Shown here: positions 30,026-41,339 of the stretch, piece after piece | How positions within the stretch are numbered: position 1 is the first letter of the stretch | Layout of the letters: the number at the start of each line of letters is the position of its first letter | From: Planctomycetota bacterium | GTDB taxonomy: Bacteria; Planctomycetota; PLA2; JAEUHO01 | Reading direction: 5' to 3' | Assembly: GCA_965223505.1 (NCBI GenBank) | Contig: CBDCWP010000043.1 | Location: 32,213 to 96,212, forward strand | Length of the DNA: 64,000 bases | Made by a program: the position numbers and the translations under genes | The notes under the pieces: generated by a model | Seen by the model: the letters and a program-made list of their open reading frames with translations, nothing else | Databases searched by the model: none | What the model was told of the DNA's origin: nothing

Positions 30026-31285
30026 ATGCGTTGGACCTGCATCCTCCTTGCGCTGGTGATGGTGCCGTCGGTCGCGACGGCGAGTCCCCGCGGCGGACGC
30101 AGCGGCGGCAACGGTCCGCCGCGCATGCCCCCGGCGCCCGTGCGCGTTGAGGAGGTCGTCGCGCGCAAGGTGCGCGAAGGCCGCAATTTCGTCGGCGACG
30201 TGACGCCTTCGCGCGCGTCCGTCGTGGGTTGCGGCGAGTCCGGCTACCTCGAGCGCCTGAAGGCCCGCGAAGGGCAGCGCGTCTCGGAGAACGACGAGCT
30301 GGCCTCGCTTCGCAAGGACGTCATCACCCACCAGCTCACGGCGGCGCGAGCGGCGCTTGAGCTGCGAGGTCACGAGCTGCGTGAGCTTGAGAACGGACCG
30401 CGGCCCGCGTTGCTCGAGCAGGCGAAGGCGGCGTTGGACGAAGCCGAGGTCGATCTCGAGCTCGCCAAGTACAAGCTCACGAACGCCGAGGAGCTCCGGG
30501 AGCGCAAGCGCATCGCCGAAGAGCTGGTGCGGGAGGCGCGCGACGCGGTGCGCGCGATCGAGCAACGCGTTCGCAGGCTGAAGGCGGCGCTCGCGCTGCT
30601 CGAGGAAGGCTCGCGCGAAGAGCAGATCGCCCAGGCGCGTGCGCGCAAGGCGCAGCAAGCGGCGGAAGTTCAGCGTCTCGAGGCCATCGAGAAGCGCTAC
30701 ACCGTCCGCGCGCCCTTCGATGGCTACGTCACGATGGAGCACGTCGAGGCAGGCCAGTGGGTCTCCGACGGCGACTCGATCGTCACCCTCGTCGCGCTCG
30801 ACGTCGTGCACGTGCGTGTGCCGGTGCTCGAAGACTACGTCGTTCACCTGCGCAAGGGCGACAAGGTCACGCTGCGGCTCGGTCCGATCCGTGATCGACT
30901 GTTCAACGGGACGATCGCGCGCATCGTGCCCGCCGCGGACCCGCGCACGCGGTCCTTCCCCGTCGAGATCGAGGTAGCGAACGAACGCACCGAAGACGGC
31001 GGCGTGCTGCTCAAGGCGGGCATGTTTGCGCGCGCCATGCTCCCCGTCGGGGAGGAGGTGGACGCGGTGCTCGTGCCGCAGGACGCGCTCGTGCTCGGCG
31101 GCCCGTCGCCGACCGTGTTCGTCGTCGACGAGGCCTCTCAAACGGCGCGGCCGGTGCCGGTCGAGCTCGGCGTCGTGAGCAAGGGCCAGGTCGCGGTCAC
31201 CGGCGCCTTGAAGCAGGGCGACCGCGTCGTGACCGCGGGCAACGAGCGGCTGCGGCCCGGCCAACCGGTCGAGATCCTGCCCTGA
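30026..31285 (+). CDS. efflux RND transporter periplasmic adaptor (membrane fusion protein, HlyD family)
   Basis: Signal/TM anchor, long coiled-coil, VRAPFDGYVT lipoyl-like hairpin motif; stop overlaps RND start (ATGA). Confidence 0.85.
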   Translation: MRWTCILLALVMVPSVATASPRGGRSGGNGPPRMPPAPVRVEEVVARKVREGRNFVGDVTPSRASVVGCGESGYLERLKAREGQRVSENDELASLRKDVITHQLTAARAALELRGHELRELENGPRPALLEQAKAALDEAEVDLELAKYKLTNAEELRERKRIAEELVREARDAVRAIEQRVRRLKAALALLEEGSREEQIAQARARKAQQAAEVQRLEAIEKRYTVRAPFDGYVTMEHVEAGQWVSDGDSIVTLVALDVVHVRVPVLEDYVVHLRKGDKVTLRLGPIRDRLFNGTIARIVPAADPRTRSFPVEIEVANERTEDGGVLLKAGMFARAMLPVGEEVDAVLVPQDALVLGGPSPTVFVVDEASQTARPVPVELGVVSKGQVAVTGALKQGDRVVTAGNERLRPGQPVEILP

Positions 31286-34200
31286 TGGGACTCGTACAGG
31301 CCTTCGTCCGCAACCCCGTGAAGGTCACCGTCGGTGTCCTGCTGGTGGTGATGTTCGGCACGCTCGCGCTCGTCAACATGCCGATGCAGCTGACCCCCGA
31401 GGTGCAGACGCCGAAGCTCACCATCGAAACGTCGTGGCCCGGCGCGAGTCCCCAGGAGATCGAGCGCGAGATCGTCCAGGAGCAGGAGGAGCAGCTCAAG
31501 AGCGTCGAGGGCGTCGTGAAGATGTCCTCGGAGTGCATGGACTCGATGGGGCGCATCACGCTCGAGTTCACCGCCGGGCAAGACATGTCCGCCGCGCTTC
31601 TGAAGGTGAACACGCGGCTCGCGCAGGTGCGCGAGTACCCCGAGGACGCCGACGAGCCGGTCATCAACACCTCGAGCTCGTCGGACAACCCGATCGCCTG
31701 GTTGATCTTGCGGCCGCGCGTGCCCGACGACGCCGAGATCGACGCGTTCGTCGAAGAGCATCCCGAGCTCGCGGACGCGCTCGACGGAGTACGCAAGGCG
31801 CGCTCGAGCGGACTGCGCAACAAGCGGCTGCGCGCGGCAGTCGAAGAGACGCCTGCGTTGAAGCCGCTCGTTCGCGACATCGACATGATGGAGCAGCGGC
31901 TGTTCGCCGAAGACTACGTCGAAGCGCGCTTCGAGCGCGTGAAGGGCGTCTCCAACTCCAACGTGCTCGGCGGCAGCGTGCGCGAGCTGCAGGTCGTCGT
32001 CGATCCCGAGCAGCTCGCGGCGCGTGGACTCACGATTCGACAGCTGCGGGCGGCGCTTCGCGAGCGCAACGCCGACGCGTCCGCCGGCGACTTCTGGGAA
32101 GGCAAGCGGCGCTACGTCGTACGCACCCTCGGCCGGTTCCGCACGCCGCAGCAGGTCGAAGCGGTCCAGATCGCGGAGACGGACGGCGGACCGGTCTACG
32201 TCCGCGACGTCGCGGAAGTCCGGATCGGCTTCAAGAAGCCGACGGGCATCGTGCGCAGCTTCGGCGAGACCGTGCTCGCGGTGAACTGCCTGCGAGAGAC
32301 CGGCGCGAACGTCATGGACGTCATGGAGGGCCTCTACGTCGCCGTCGACGAGCTCAACGCGGGCGTGCTCGCGGACAACGGCCTCCAGATCGACCAGGTC
32401 TACGACGAGACGGAGTACATCACGTCGGCCGTCGGCCTCGTGCGGCAGAACATCCTCATCGGCGGCACGTTGACGATCCTCGTCCTGCTGCTGTTCCTGC
32501 GCAGCGCACGCAGCACGCTGGTGATCGCGCTCGCGATTCCGACCAGCATCATCGGGACGTTCCTGCTCTTGAACGCGATGGGCCGGTCGCTGAACGTGAT
32601 CAGTCTCGCGGGTTTGGCGTTCGCCGTCGGCATGTTGGTCGACAACGCCGTCGTGGTGTTGGAGAACATCTATCGCCACTATCAGGCGGGCGCGCGGCGA
32701 CTCGAGGCCGCCGTCAAGGGCACGCAGGAGGTGTGGGGCGCCGTCATCGCCTCCACGCTGACGACGCTGGCCGTGTTCCTTCCGATCCTGTTCGTCGAGG
32801 AGGAGGCCGGGCAGCTCTTCCGCGACATCGCGCTGGCCATCAGCTGCTCCGTCGCGCTGTCGCTCCTGATCTCCGTCACGGTCATTCCCGTCGCGACGGC
32901 GCGGATCCTGCCGCGTCACGGTCACGACGAGCGCGAGCCGTCGGCGTTCGCGCGCGCCATGCGCGGTCTGCTCTTGCCGTTCGACGAGTTGGCGGGCGCG
33001 TTCACCAGCCATGTCGAGAAGGCGCACGTCTGGCTACAGGCGGGCGTCGGGCGACAGCTCGTCGTACTCGTCGTCGTGGTGACGGCCGCGATCTGGGGCG
33101 CCTTCGCCCTGGCTCCCAAGACGGAGTACCTGCCGTCGGGCAACCGCAACCTGGCGATCGGGATCCTGCTGCCGCCGCCCGGACTCAACCTCGATCAGCT
33201 GGTGGCGATGGGCGAGACCGTCGAGGAGCGCATCCGTCCCAACTGGGACGTGGACATCGACGACCAGCAGGCGCTCGACGAGCTCGAGGGTCCGGCGATC
33301 GAGCACTTCTTCTTCGTGGTGCGCGGGCGGTCGGTGTTCCTCGGCATGCGGGCGCACGATCCACTGCGCGCCGGCGAGCTGGTGCCGACGATTCGCAAGG
33401 CGACGCGCGGGTTGCCTGCGACCTTCGGCATCGCGAAGCAAACCAGTCTCTTCGAGAGCGGGCTCGGCGCCGGTCGTACGGTGGACATCGAGATCACCGG
33501 TCCCGATCTCGAGCAGCTCGTCGCGCTCGGCGGCCGCATCTTTGGCGCCTCGATGGGCGCCATGCCCGGGGCGCAGATTCGCCCCATTCCGAGTCTCGAC
33601 CTGAGCAACCCCGAGGTGCACATTCGACCGCGGTGGGAACGCGCGGCGGAGCTGGGGTTCAGCGCCGTCGACCTGGGCTACGCGGTCAACAGCCTCGTGG
33701 ACGGCGCCTACGCCGGGGATTTCTACGAGCGCGGCGACAAGATCGACTTGACGCTCGTCGGCGAACCGGACCTCGCGAGCCGGCTGCAGGATCTCGAGTC
33801 GCTGCCGGTCGCCACGCCGGACGGCAGCTCGGTGCCGCTACGCGCGGTCGCCGACGTCGTGCTGGCGAGCGGGCCGGAGCAGATCAACCGGCGCGAGCGC
33901 GAACGCACCATCACGATCCAGGTGAGCCCCGACGAGGCGATGCCGCTCGAAGAGGCGCTCGACATCATCGAGGGAGAGATCCTCGCGCCGCTTCGCCAGC
34001 AGAAGGTGTTGAAGCCGCCGTATCGCGCGCGACTCTCCGGCACGGCCGACAAGCTCAACGCCACGGTCGACGCGCTGGGGTTCAACCTGTTTCTCGCAGT
34101 CGTAATAACGTACCTGCTGATGGCGGCGCTGTTCGAGTCGTGGGTTCATCCGTTCGTGATCATGCTGAGTGTGCCGCTCGGCGCCGTCGGCGGGTTCCTC

Positions 34201-34605
34201 GGGCTCAGCCTGCTCAACTTGTTCGTGCTTCAAACGCTCGACACGTTGACGATGATCGGGTTCATCATCCTGATCGGAACGGTGGTCAACAACGCCATCC
34301 TCATCGTCCACCAGAGTCTCGTCTACATGCGCGAGCAGGGCATGGCGACGAACGACGCCGTGCTGCGCAGCGTGCGCACGCGCATCCGGCCGATCTTCAT
34401 GACGATGAGCACGACGACCTGCGGACTCTTGCCGCTCGTCTTGTTCCCTGGCGCAGGCAGCGAGCTGTACCGCGGCCTCGGTTCGATCTTGCTCGGCGGA
34501 CTGGTCGTCTCGACCTTCTTCACGCTGCTGGTCGTGCCGACCGTCTTTCGGCTGATGCTCTCGCTGCAGCACGCGATCCTGCCTGCCGGCGACGAGACGG
34601 CGTAG
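31285..34605 (+). CDS. efflux RND transporter permease subunit (AcrB/HAE family, 1106 aa)
   Basis: 12-TM architecture with two large periplasmic loops; typical N-terminus MGLVQAFVRNPVKVTVGVLLVV. Confidence 0.9.
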   Translation: MGLVQAFVRNPVKVTVGVLLVVMFGTLALVNMPMQLTPEVQTPKLTIETSWPGASPQEIEREIVQEQEEQLKSVEGVVKMSSECMDSMGRITLEFTAGQDMSAALLKVNTRLAQVREYPEDADEPVINTSSSSDNPIAWLILRPRVPDDAEIDAFVEEHPELADALDGVRKARSSGLRNKRLRAAVEETPALKPLVRDIDMMEQRLFAEDYVEARFERVKGVSNSNVLGGSVRELQVVVDPEQLAARGLTIRQLRAALRERNADASAGDFWEGKRRYVVRTLGRFRTPQQVEAVQIAETDGGPVYVRDVAEVRIGFKKPTGIVRSFGETVLAVNCLRETGANVMDVMEGLYVAVDELNAGVLADNGLQIDQVYDETEYITSAVGLVRQNILIGGTLTILVLLLFLRSARSTLVIALAIPTSIIGTFLLLNAMGRSLNVISLAGLAFAVGMLVDNAVVVLENIYRHYQAGARRLEAAVKGTQEVWGAVIASTLTTLAVFLPILFVEEEAGQLFRDIALAISCSVALSLLISVTVIPVATARILPRHGHDEREPSAFARAMRGLLLPFDELAGAFTSHVEKAHVWLQAGVGRQLVVLVVVVTAAIWGAFALAPKTEYLPSGNRNLAIGILLPPPGLNLDQLVAMGETVEERIRPNWDVDIDDQQALDELEGPAIEHFFFVVRGRSVFLGMRAHDPLRAGELVPTIRKATRGLPATFGIAKQTSLFESGLGAGRTVDIEITGPDLEQLVALGGRIFGASMGAMPGAQIRPIPSLDLSNPEVHIRPRWERAAELGFSAVDLGYAVNSLVDGAYAGDFYERGDKIDLTLVGEPDLASRLQDLESLPVATPDGSSVPLRAVADVVLASGPEQINRRERERTITIQVSPDEAMPLEEALDIIEGEILAPLRQQKVLKPPYRARLSGTADKLNATVDALGFNLFLAVVITYLLMAALFESWVHPFVIMLSVPLGAVGGFLGLSLLNLFVLQTLDTLTMIGFIILIGTVVNNAILIVHQSLVYMREQGMATNDAVLRSVRTRIRPIFMTMSTTTCGLLPLVLFPGAGSELYRGLGSILLGGLVVSTFFTLLVVPTVFRLMLSLQHAILPAGDETA

Positions 34606-34612
34606 AGTCCGC

Positions 34613-37600
34613 CTAGTTCGGCAGTCCCCACAGAACCCAGGCGGCCCAGTAGTAGGGGTGCGACCACTTCTTCTGCGCCTTGACGTGCGATTGCGCCTCG
34701 CGCAAGGCCTCGGCGGCGCTCAGTCCCTTGGATCCGTCCTTCGGATTCCAGAGCTCGTAGAACTTGATCATGAGCGCCATCGTCGCGTCGTCGTCCACCT
34801 TCCAGAGCGAGCAGAGGATGCGCGGCGCGCCCGCGTACATGAAGGAACGCGTCAGGCCGAGCATGCCCTCGCCGCGAACCTGCGTTCCCTGCGCCGTCTC
34901 ACAGGCCGACAGCACCGCGAGGTCCGCGGGCATCTCCATGAAGAACACCTCGCGCGCCGTCAGGAAGCCGTCCGATAGCACCAGCGCACACTTCGCCGGA
35001 TCCGGGTCCAGGAGCCCATGGCAGGCCAGGTGGACCGCGCGCCAGCGCTCCTTCTTCGCGAGCGCCTTGCGCAGCTCGGCCTGCGTCGCCTGGGCGCCGA
35101 GCAGGATCTCGTCGCCGACGGCCTTGGCCTCCGGCCCCGTCGCCGGCAACCGGGCGAGCTTGCCGCTGTGCGCGCCGGATCGGCGAGCGGCAAAGACCTG
35201 CGTTTCGTGGGCTCCGATCTCGTCGTACACGGGGTCTCCGAGCGCGAGCACGCCCTTGCCGACGTCTTGGCTGTCGCGTACGAGAAACGAATGCGTGCTG
35301 CCCGAGGGGGTGAGGGCTACCGGATGGTCGAAGAGCATCGCGAACGGCAGGTTGCAGAGCAGGTAGTCCGGCGAGATGAGCACCTTCTTCGTCGTCTTCG
35401 GCAGCGCCAGGGGCGCGACGATGAGCCCCTTGGCCTTCGCCAGCACCTTCGAAGCGTCGGTCTTCGGATCCGAGACGCTGACCAACGCGTTCGACACGCG
35501 CCAGAGATCGTCGGAGTTGCCGAGCTCGACGACCTTCGCGTCCTTCGACGTGAGGACGATGGCGAGCGTCTCGCTCGGCCCGACGCCGTAGATCACGAAC
35601 GACGTATCCGGGTCGAGCACACCCTGTAGCTCTTCCAGCGTCGCGGCGCTGGGATAGAAGAGCGTCGTCGTCCTGCGACTCGCTTCCCGTTGGATCTTCG
35701 CCGTGACCTCCGCGAGGCGTGCTTGCGCCGCCTCCAGCGCGACCGCCGCGGCTCGGATCTTCTTCAGATTCCCGTCTTCGACGGCTCGCCGATACTGACC
35801 TTGGAGCGCCGACTCCTTCAGCTCCGCCTCACGCTCCGCGCGGCGCAGCCCCTCGGGCAAGTCTTCCCATCGCAAGACGTGACGCCCACCGAGCAGTTCC
35901 AGCAGCGCACCCGCACGACCGCTCTCGAGAAAGGCCAGTGCCTCCGCCGTGTCGCCCATCCGCGTCGCTGCCAGCGCGCCGTAGTGGAAGAGCGTGCTGT
36001 AGTTCTCGCGGACGCTCGCCGCGTCACGGGCGCCCAGGCCGCCCAGCAGGTGTTCGACCTCCGCGCGCGCCTCGCGAGCCCGGAACACGGCCGATGCGTT
36101 GTCATCGTCCTTGAGGTGGACCCACGTCAGAAGTCTCAGGACCCAGACGAGCAGGGAGCGTACTCGCAGGCGCCGGGCCTCCCGCTCGCACTGCTTCAGC
36201 TTCTCGATGCCCTTCGCGCGCTCGCCCTGCTCGATCAACACGTTGCCGATCGCACCGATGCAACGCGCTGCGAGGGCGCGATCCTTGATCTCCTCCGCGA
36301 GGGCGTGGGCGCGCCGGTAGTACTCGATCGATTTGTCATGCTCGCCCTGCACCAAGTATGCGCGAGCCATGTTCGAAAGCGTGACCGCCTCGAGGTCATT
36401 CAACTCGAACACGGCGGCTTGCGCGAGGGCGGCGTTGTAGTACTCCATCGCGCCGTCGAAGTCCTCGAGATCTGCTCGCAGGAGCCCGAGCGCGGAGATG
36501 GCCCGCGCGGCGCCATCGGGCCTACCGCCGGACTTCATCTTCGCCAGCGCCTGCTCCGTGTAGACGAGCGCCCGGGAGCTGTTGCCGACGCGCCAGTAGA
36601 CGCCGGCGAGGTTCAGGAGGCCCTTGGCGATGTACTCCTCGTGACCGATCGCGCGCGCTTCCGCCAGTCCGATCTCGTGGTGGCGAATCGCTTCCGCGTA
36701 CATGCCCAGCGAGTCGTAGACGTTGCCCATGTTGATGTGCGTGCCCGCCCACTCGCCGCGGTTCCCGCTCTTCTTCCACAGTGGAAGCACGCGCTCGTAG
36801 TTCTCGAGCGCCCGCTGGAAGTTCCCGAAGTGGTAGTTCGACAGGCCGAGGTGGTGCAGGGCGACCGTGACACCCGGCTCGTGACCGACCTTGTTGAACA
36901 GCCGAAGCGCGCGTTCGTAGTATCCGATCGCCTCGACCCACCGCGTCTCGGACCGCGCGAGCATGGCCGCTTCCGTCAACGCGGCTCCGACGCCGAGCGT
37001 GAAGCCGATCGCCTCCCACGCCTCGACGGCGCGCTCGAACAGAGCCGTTGCCTTCGCCGAGTTGCCGAGCTTGGCCTCGAACCGACCCGCGAACGCGAAG
37101 CAGAGTCCCGCCTGCCTGAGCCACCCGAACGACGCCGCGCCCTCGGCCGCCGCCGTGTACGCCTCCGCCGCGTCCGCGGGCCGGTCCTGCATCTGCCGGA
37201 TCATGCCTTCCTGGTGCGCGAGCATCACACCCGTGACCCGGTTCGTGGGTGCGCGCGGAAGGGGCAGCTCGGCGATGGCCTCATCCGGCTTGCGGGACAC
37301 GAGCGCCTGCTTCGCGCGCACGAGCGCGTTGTACGCCTCCTGACTCTCGTTCTCGCCGTTCATCGACTCGACGTACTCGACCAGCCTCTCGGTCGCGGGC
37401 CGCCGTCCGACCTTGGCGAAGCGGACCGCCGCGTCGTGCTCCCCACGGCGGCACAGCTCGCTCACGACGACCCAGGGATCGGGGGCGTCGCTCTTGGCGA
37501 GCGCCTCGAGCGCCGCATCGTCACCCTCGGCGATCGCGGCGAGGACCTTCTCTGCGGCAGTGAACGCGCCGTCGTTTCGTTCGGCCTGCGCCGCGACGCA

Positions 37601-37639
37601 GACGACGCACAACAAGACGAATGCGACACCGCGGCGCAT
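34613..37639 (-). CDS. secreted TPR-repeat protein with C-terminal CHAT (caspase-like) protease domain
   Basis: Signal peptide; >10 TPR units; CHAT catalytic dyad context VHLACHGLL...LAVLSACETAQG; conserved tail HPYYWAAWVLWG. Confidence 0.85.
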   Translation of the reverse strand: MRRGVAFVLLCVVCVAAQAERNDGAFTAAEKVLAAIAEGDDAALEALAKSDAPDPWVVVSELCRRGEHDAAVRFAKVGRRPATERLVEYVESMNGENESQEAYNALVRAKQALVSRKPDEAIAELPLPRAPTNRVTGVMLAHQEGMIRQMQDRPADAAEAYTAAAEGAASFGWLRQAGLCFAFAGRFEAKLGNSAKATALFERAVEAWEAIGFTLGVGAALTEAAMLARSETRWVEAIGYYERALRLFNKVGHEPGVTVALHHLGLSNYHFGNFQRALENYERVLPLWKKSGNRGEWAGTHINMGNVYDSLGMYAEAIRHHEIGLAEARAIGHEEYIAKGLLNLAGVYWRVGNSSRALVYTEQALAKMKSGGRPDGAARAISALGLLRADLEDFDGAMEYYNAALAQAAVFELNDLEAVTLSNMARAYLVQGEHDKSIEYYRRAHALAEEIKDRALAARCIGAIGNVLIEQGERAKGIEKLKQCEREARRLRVRSLLVWVLRLLTWVHLKDDDNASAVFRAREARAEVEHLLGGLGARDAASVRENYSTLFHYGALAATRMGDTAEALAFLESGRAGALLELLGGRHVLRWEDLPEGLRRAEREAELKESALQGQYRRAVEDGNLKKIRAAAVALEAAQARLAEVTAKIQREASRRTTTLFYPSAATLEELQGVLDPDTSFVIYGVGPSETLAIVLTSKDAKVVELGNSDDLWRVSNALVSVSDPKTDASKVLAKAKGLIVAPLALPKTTKKVLISPDYLLCNLPFAMLFDHPVALTPSGSTHSFLVRDSQDVGKGVLALGDPVYDEIGAHETQVFAARRSGAHSGKLARLPATGPEAKAVGDEILLGAQATQAELRKALAKKERWRAVHLACHGLLDPDPAKCALVLSDGFLTAREVFFMEMPADLAVLSACETAQGTQVRGEGMLGLTRSFMYAGAPRILCSLWKVDDDATMALMIKFYELWNPKDGSKGLSAAEALREAQSHVKAQKKWSHPYYWAAWVLWGLPN

Positions 37640-37839
37640 GGCCCCCTCCAGCTACCTGCAAGGCAGGCACGAATGGTAGCGCGCTGGGCGCAGCGCGGGA
37701 ACGGCGCCAACGCGCCTCCGGTCGATGTAGGCGAAGTCGCGGCGGCGACGTTCACGCCTGCGCGTGACGGCCTCGGAAACTGTTCGCCGCGACGACACGG
37801 TGAAGCGCGTCGAACGACCCGGTCTCGGCGGCGTGAGCG

Positions 37840-39066
37840 TTACGGGTTGAACTCGACGGCGCCGATGTCCGCGTTCCCGTCGCCGAACCGGCTCTCGAGC
37901 CGTTGATCGACGAACATCGGCAAGCCGCTCTCGTCCAGGCACTGGTCGTGTGGAACCGCGTTGTTGACGAAGCTGCCGAGCAGCGGCATCCGTGAGTGTG
38001 TCGGGTAGCTGGCAACCTCGAGCGGACCGAGCAACGCGCCGAGCGGCATCGCCGCACTGCCCACCATGTTGCCGTTGACGCCGTGCGAGATCGGCCCGAG
38101 ACCGCCGATGCCGATCAGGTTGTATGCGCTCGTCGTGCTCCACGCGATGGACGCGTTCAAGTCCGGCCCCGGCGAGACGTTGTCGGCGATGATCGTCTGA
38201 CGGATCGCCATTTCGCCCAGGTCGCCGTTCGAGTCGAGGTAGAGGCCGCCGCCGCCGTCCATGGCCTCGTTCGCGGTGAGCGTGCAGCCGTACAGGCCCA
38301 GGTCGCACCCGCCGGCCGTCGCCAGCGCGCAGATGCCGCCGCCGATGTCATCGGCCGTTCCCGCCGTCGCGTGGTTGCCGTGCAACGTCGAGCTGCGCGC
38401 GATCAGCGCGCCGCCGGCTGCCATGATTCCGCCTCCGGGCCCCCCCGTCGTCCAGTTGAACGTGAAGGACGAGTTGGTGACGAGCGTGTCGCAGGTCAAC
38501 AGGTACAGACCGCCGCCATGCCCTCCGTTGCAGCCGGAGACGTTACAGCGGTCGAGCCGCAGCGTCGCGCCCGCCGCGTGAAGGCCTCCCCCTGTCAGCC
38601 CCGCTTCGGCGCCGACGATTTGAACGCGCGACAGGACGACATGCGCGTCGACGCCCACGAAGATCGCGCCACCCACGCCGGGCGTGTCGCAGCCGATCAG
38701 GCGCAGGCCCTCGAGGCGGGCGAAGACGCTGCCGATGAAGAACGCGCGGTCGAACCCGTCGAGGAAGATCTCGGTCTCCACGCCTTCGGCGCCGCCGCTG
38801 ATCCGGACCGGTTTGTCGATCATGATCTGCGACTGCAGGCTCACCAGGCCGCCGACGATACCCGGCGCGAACGTCACCTGCGCGCCGGGGAGCGCGTCGG
38901 CCACCACCTGACGGAGCGATCCCGGACCGTCGTTGGCCAGCGTGGTGACCTGCACGAACTCCGTGATCGGCGGACCGCCGTCGGCAGCCGGCGCGAACCC
39001 GCCGCCGCTCGAACCACAGGCGCACAACACGAGACCGAGAAGGCACATCGAGATCCGGGGGTACAC
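37840..39066 (-). CDS. lipoprotein with right-handed beta-helix repeats (GPGSLRQVV motif); paralog of 15723..16949
   Basis: Lipobox LVLCAC; GTG start; 408 aa; same motif order as paralog. Confidence 0.7.
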   Translation of the reverse strand: MYPRISMCLLGLVLCACGSSGGGFAPAADGGPPITEFVQVTTLANDGPGSLRQVVADALPGAQVTFAPGIVGGLVSLQSQIMIDKPVRISGGAEGVETEIFLDGFDRAFFIGSVFARLEGLRLIGCDTPGVGGAIFVGVDAHVVLSRVQIVGAEAGLTGGGLHAAGATLRLDRCNVSGCNGGHGGGLYLLTCDTLVTNSSFTFNWTTGGPGGGIMAAGGALIARSSTLHGNHATAGTADDIGGGICALATAGGCDLGLYGCTLTANEAMDGGGGLYLDSNGDLGEMAIRQTIIADNVSPGPDLNASIAWSTTSAYNLIGIGGLGPISHGVNGNMVGSAAMPLGALLGPLEVASYPTHSRMPLLGSFVNNAVPHDQCLDESGLPMFVDQRLESRFGDGNADIGAVEFNP

Positions 39067-39100
39067 GGCGAAGACTCCTTCGGTTGTGGAGTAGTCGTCG

Positions 39101-41077
39101 CTATGTGCCCGAATTGTCGCCTGCTCGCGGATTCGTGGATCCGGCGACGCGCCTCAGGCTCCAGCCGACCGCCCATGCGCCGGCGGCCACGAGCGCGAGC
39201 TTCCACCAAGCGTCGCCGAGCGAACCGAGGAGCAGGTCGCCGGTGCCGAACAGTACGCCGAAGATCAAGGCGAGGCCGCCGGCGATGCCGACGAAGACGG
39301 GGGTCAACGGGTCGCGCGGCGCGGGGTCGTCGATGAGCGCGTGCACCGGTCCCCACCAGCCGATCGGCCGGACCTTGCGATAGAACGCCGTGAGCCCGGC
39401 CGGGTCGGGGCGCCGCATCACGATCACCGAGATCAGCGCGCACGTCAGCGAGAAGAGCACGACGACGATCAGACGACCCGGCGCGGAGATCTCACCGCCT
39501 GACGAGAGCGGTCCCAGCTGCCAGTCGATGTCCGCGAACGTCACGACGATCGAGCACAAGCCCGACGCGACCATGGCGGTGATCTCGGTCGCGGCCCGAA
39601 TGCGCCACCACAACCAGCGCAGCACGTACACGGGACCGACGCCGGACAGGAACGCGAGGAAGAAGAGGAAGAGGTCGCCGATCGAGTCCATCACGAGCGT
39701 CAAGGCGCCGGCGACCGTGATGACGGCGAAGGCCGTGACCCGCGCGACACGCACGTAGTGGCGGTCGCCCTTTCCTCGGTTGAAGAAACGACGGTAGAGG
39801 TCGTTCACGAAGAACGCCGAGGCGAGATTGACGTGCGTGTCGATCGTCGACATGAACGCCGCGAGCAAGGACGCGGCAACCAGGCCCAGCAGCCCGATGG
39901 GCAGGAAGTGCGTCATCATCACGACGTACGCCTTCTCGGAGTCGCTGCGCGCGATCATCTGGGCCTCTTCGACGCGCTCGCCGACGTCCACGCGGGGCTC
40001 CGCGCGCCAGTCGTCGACGTCCGAGGTGAGCGGAACGAGCGCGTCCTCGCCCGACGTCGTGCGGATCGACATCGCCTCCTCGTCGATGCCCACCACCTCG
40101 CCTGCCGCGGGTGCGCGCACCTCGATGTGCGGGAGCACGACGAGCGACGCCAACGCGACGATGATCCACGGCCAGGGCCGGACCGCGTAGTGCAGGATGT
40201 TGAACCACAGGTATGCCAGAAGCCCGTGGCGTTCGTCGCGTGTGGCGGAGATGCGTTGCACCGCGACACTGCTGCCGTCGATGCTCTCGACCGCCCACCA
40301 CGAGACGCCGAGATACACCGCGAACGCGGCGAAGCTCATGGTCCAGAACGACGCGTCGAACACGCCGCCCTCGCCGTGGGCGGGGATCATGCGGATCGTG
40401 TCGGCGGTGAAGCTGCCGCCCGCGGCGATCGCGTCGGAGAGGCCGTCATGTCCGCCCACGGCCGACCACGCCAGATAGGCGAGGACGAACGCGCCGACCA
40501 AGGCCATCGCGAACTGGACGAGGTCCGTGATGACGACGCCCCACATCCCCGACAACGCCGAGTAGCTGACCGCGAGCAGGGCCGCGATGCCGACGCCCGC
40601 CTCCTTGGGGAAGTCGAAGAGCACCTCGAGGATCTTCACCGCGGCGAGCATGACCCAGCAGAGGATGACGGTGTTGGTCACCCCCGCGTGCAAGACCCCG
40701 AGCGTCGCGCGCAGTGCCTGCGCGCCCTTTCCGCCGTAGCGCAGCTCGGCCACCTCGGCCTTGGTCATCACCTCGCCGCGGCGCCACCAGCGTGCGAAGA
40801 GGAACGTGCCGAACATGCCGCTCAGCGCGAAGCACCACCACGCCCAGTTCATCCAGATGCCGTGGTCGCGCACCCAGCCGGTGATCACCAGCGGCGTGTC
40901 GGCGGCGAAGCTCGTCGCGACCATCGAGGTTCCGGCGATCCACCACGGCAGGCTGCGGCCGGTGAGGAAGAACTGATCGACGCTCTTGCTCGCCCGCTTC
41001 GAGAGGACCAGCCCGATCGTCAGGGCCAGGCCCAGGTAGGCGAAGATCACGAGCCAGTCGACGACATGGAGCTTCAA
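39101..41077 (-). CDS. sodium:solute symporter family (SSS) transporter
   Basis: 13-14 TM helices, SSF N-terminal consensus (LTGRSLPWWIAGTSMVATSFAADTPL); TTG start. Confidence 0.85.
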   Translation of the reverse strand: MKLHVVDWLVIFAYLGLALTIGLVLSKRASKSVDQFFLTGRSLPWWIAGTSMVATSFAADTPLVITGWVRDHGIWMNWAWWCFALSGMFGTFLFARWWRRGEVMTKAEVAELRYGGKGAQALRATLGVLHAGVTNTVILCWVMLAAVKILEVLFDFPKEAGVGIAALLAVSYSALSGMWGVVITDLVQFAMALVGAFVLAYLAWSAVGGHDGLSDAIAAGGSFTADTIRMIPAHGEGGVFDASFWTMSFAAFAVYLGVSWWAVESIDGSSVAVQRISATRDERHGLLAYLWFNILHYAVRPWPWIIVALASLVVLPHIEVRAPAAGEVVGIDEEAMSIRTTSGEDALVPLTSDVDDWRAEPRVDVGERVEEAQMIARSDSEKAYVVMMTHFLPIGLLGLVAASLLAAFMSTIDTHVNLASAFFVNDLYRRFFNRGKGDRHYVRVARVTAFAVITVAGALTLVMDSIGDLFLFFLAFLSGVGPVYVLRWLWWRIRAATEITAMVASGLCSIVVTFADIDWQLGPLSSGGEISAPGRLIVVVLFSLTCALISVIVMRRPDPAGLTAFYRKVRPIGWWGPVHALIDDPAPRDPLTPVFVGIAGGLALIFGVLFGTGDLLLGSLGDAWWKLALVAAGAWAVGWSLRRVAGSTNPRAGDNSGT

Positions 41078-41339
41078 CGGCTGCCTCTCCGGTTCCGCGG
41101 CGGGATCGCCCTGCCGGGCTAGGGTGTGTCGGAAAGCTCTCCGTCGCGAGGTCGGGGAGACCGAAGCGAGTCGAGGCTCGGACGAGCGGTTCTCGCCGGA
41201 GGCGGGCTCTGTGCCCGCTGAGGACGGGGTTCCGAGTTCGAGCCCGACGGAGCGAGAGAATCGCCGACCGCAGCAGGACGAGTTTCCAGACAGACCCTAG
41301 GATGCGGGACCCCGGGGACGCCGCGCAAACGGGCCCGCA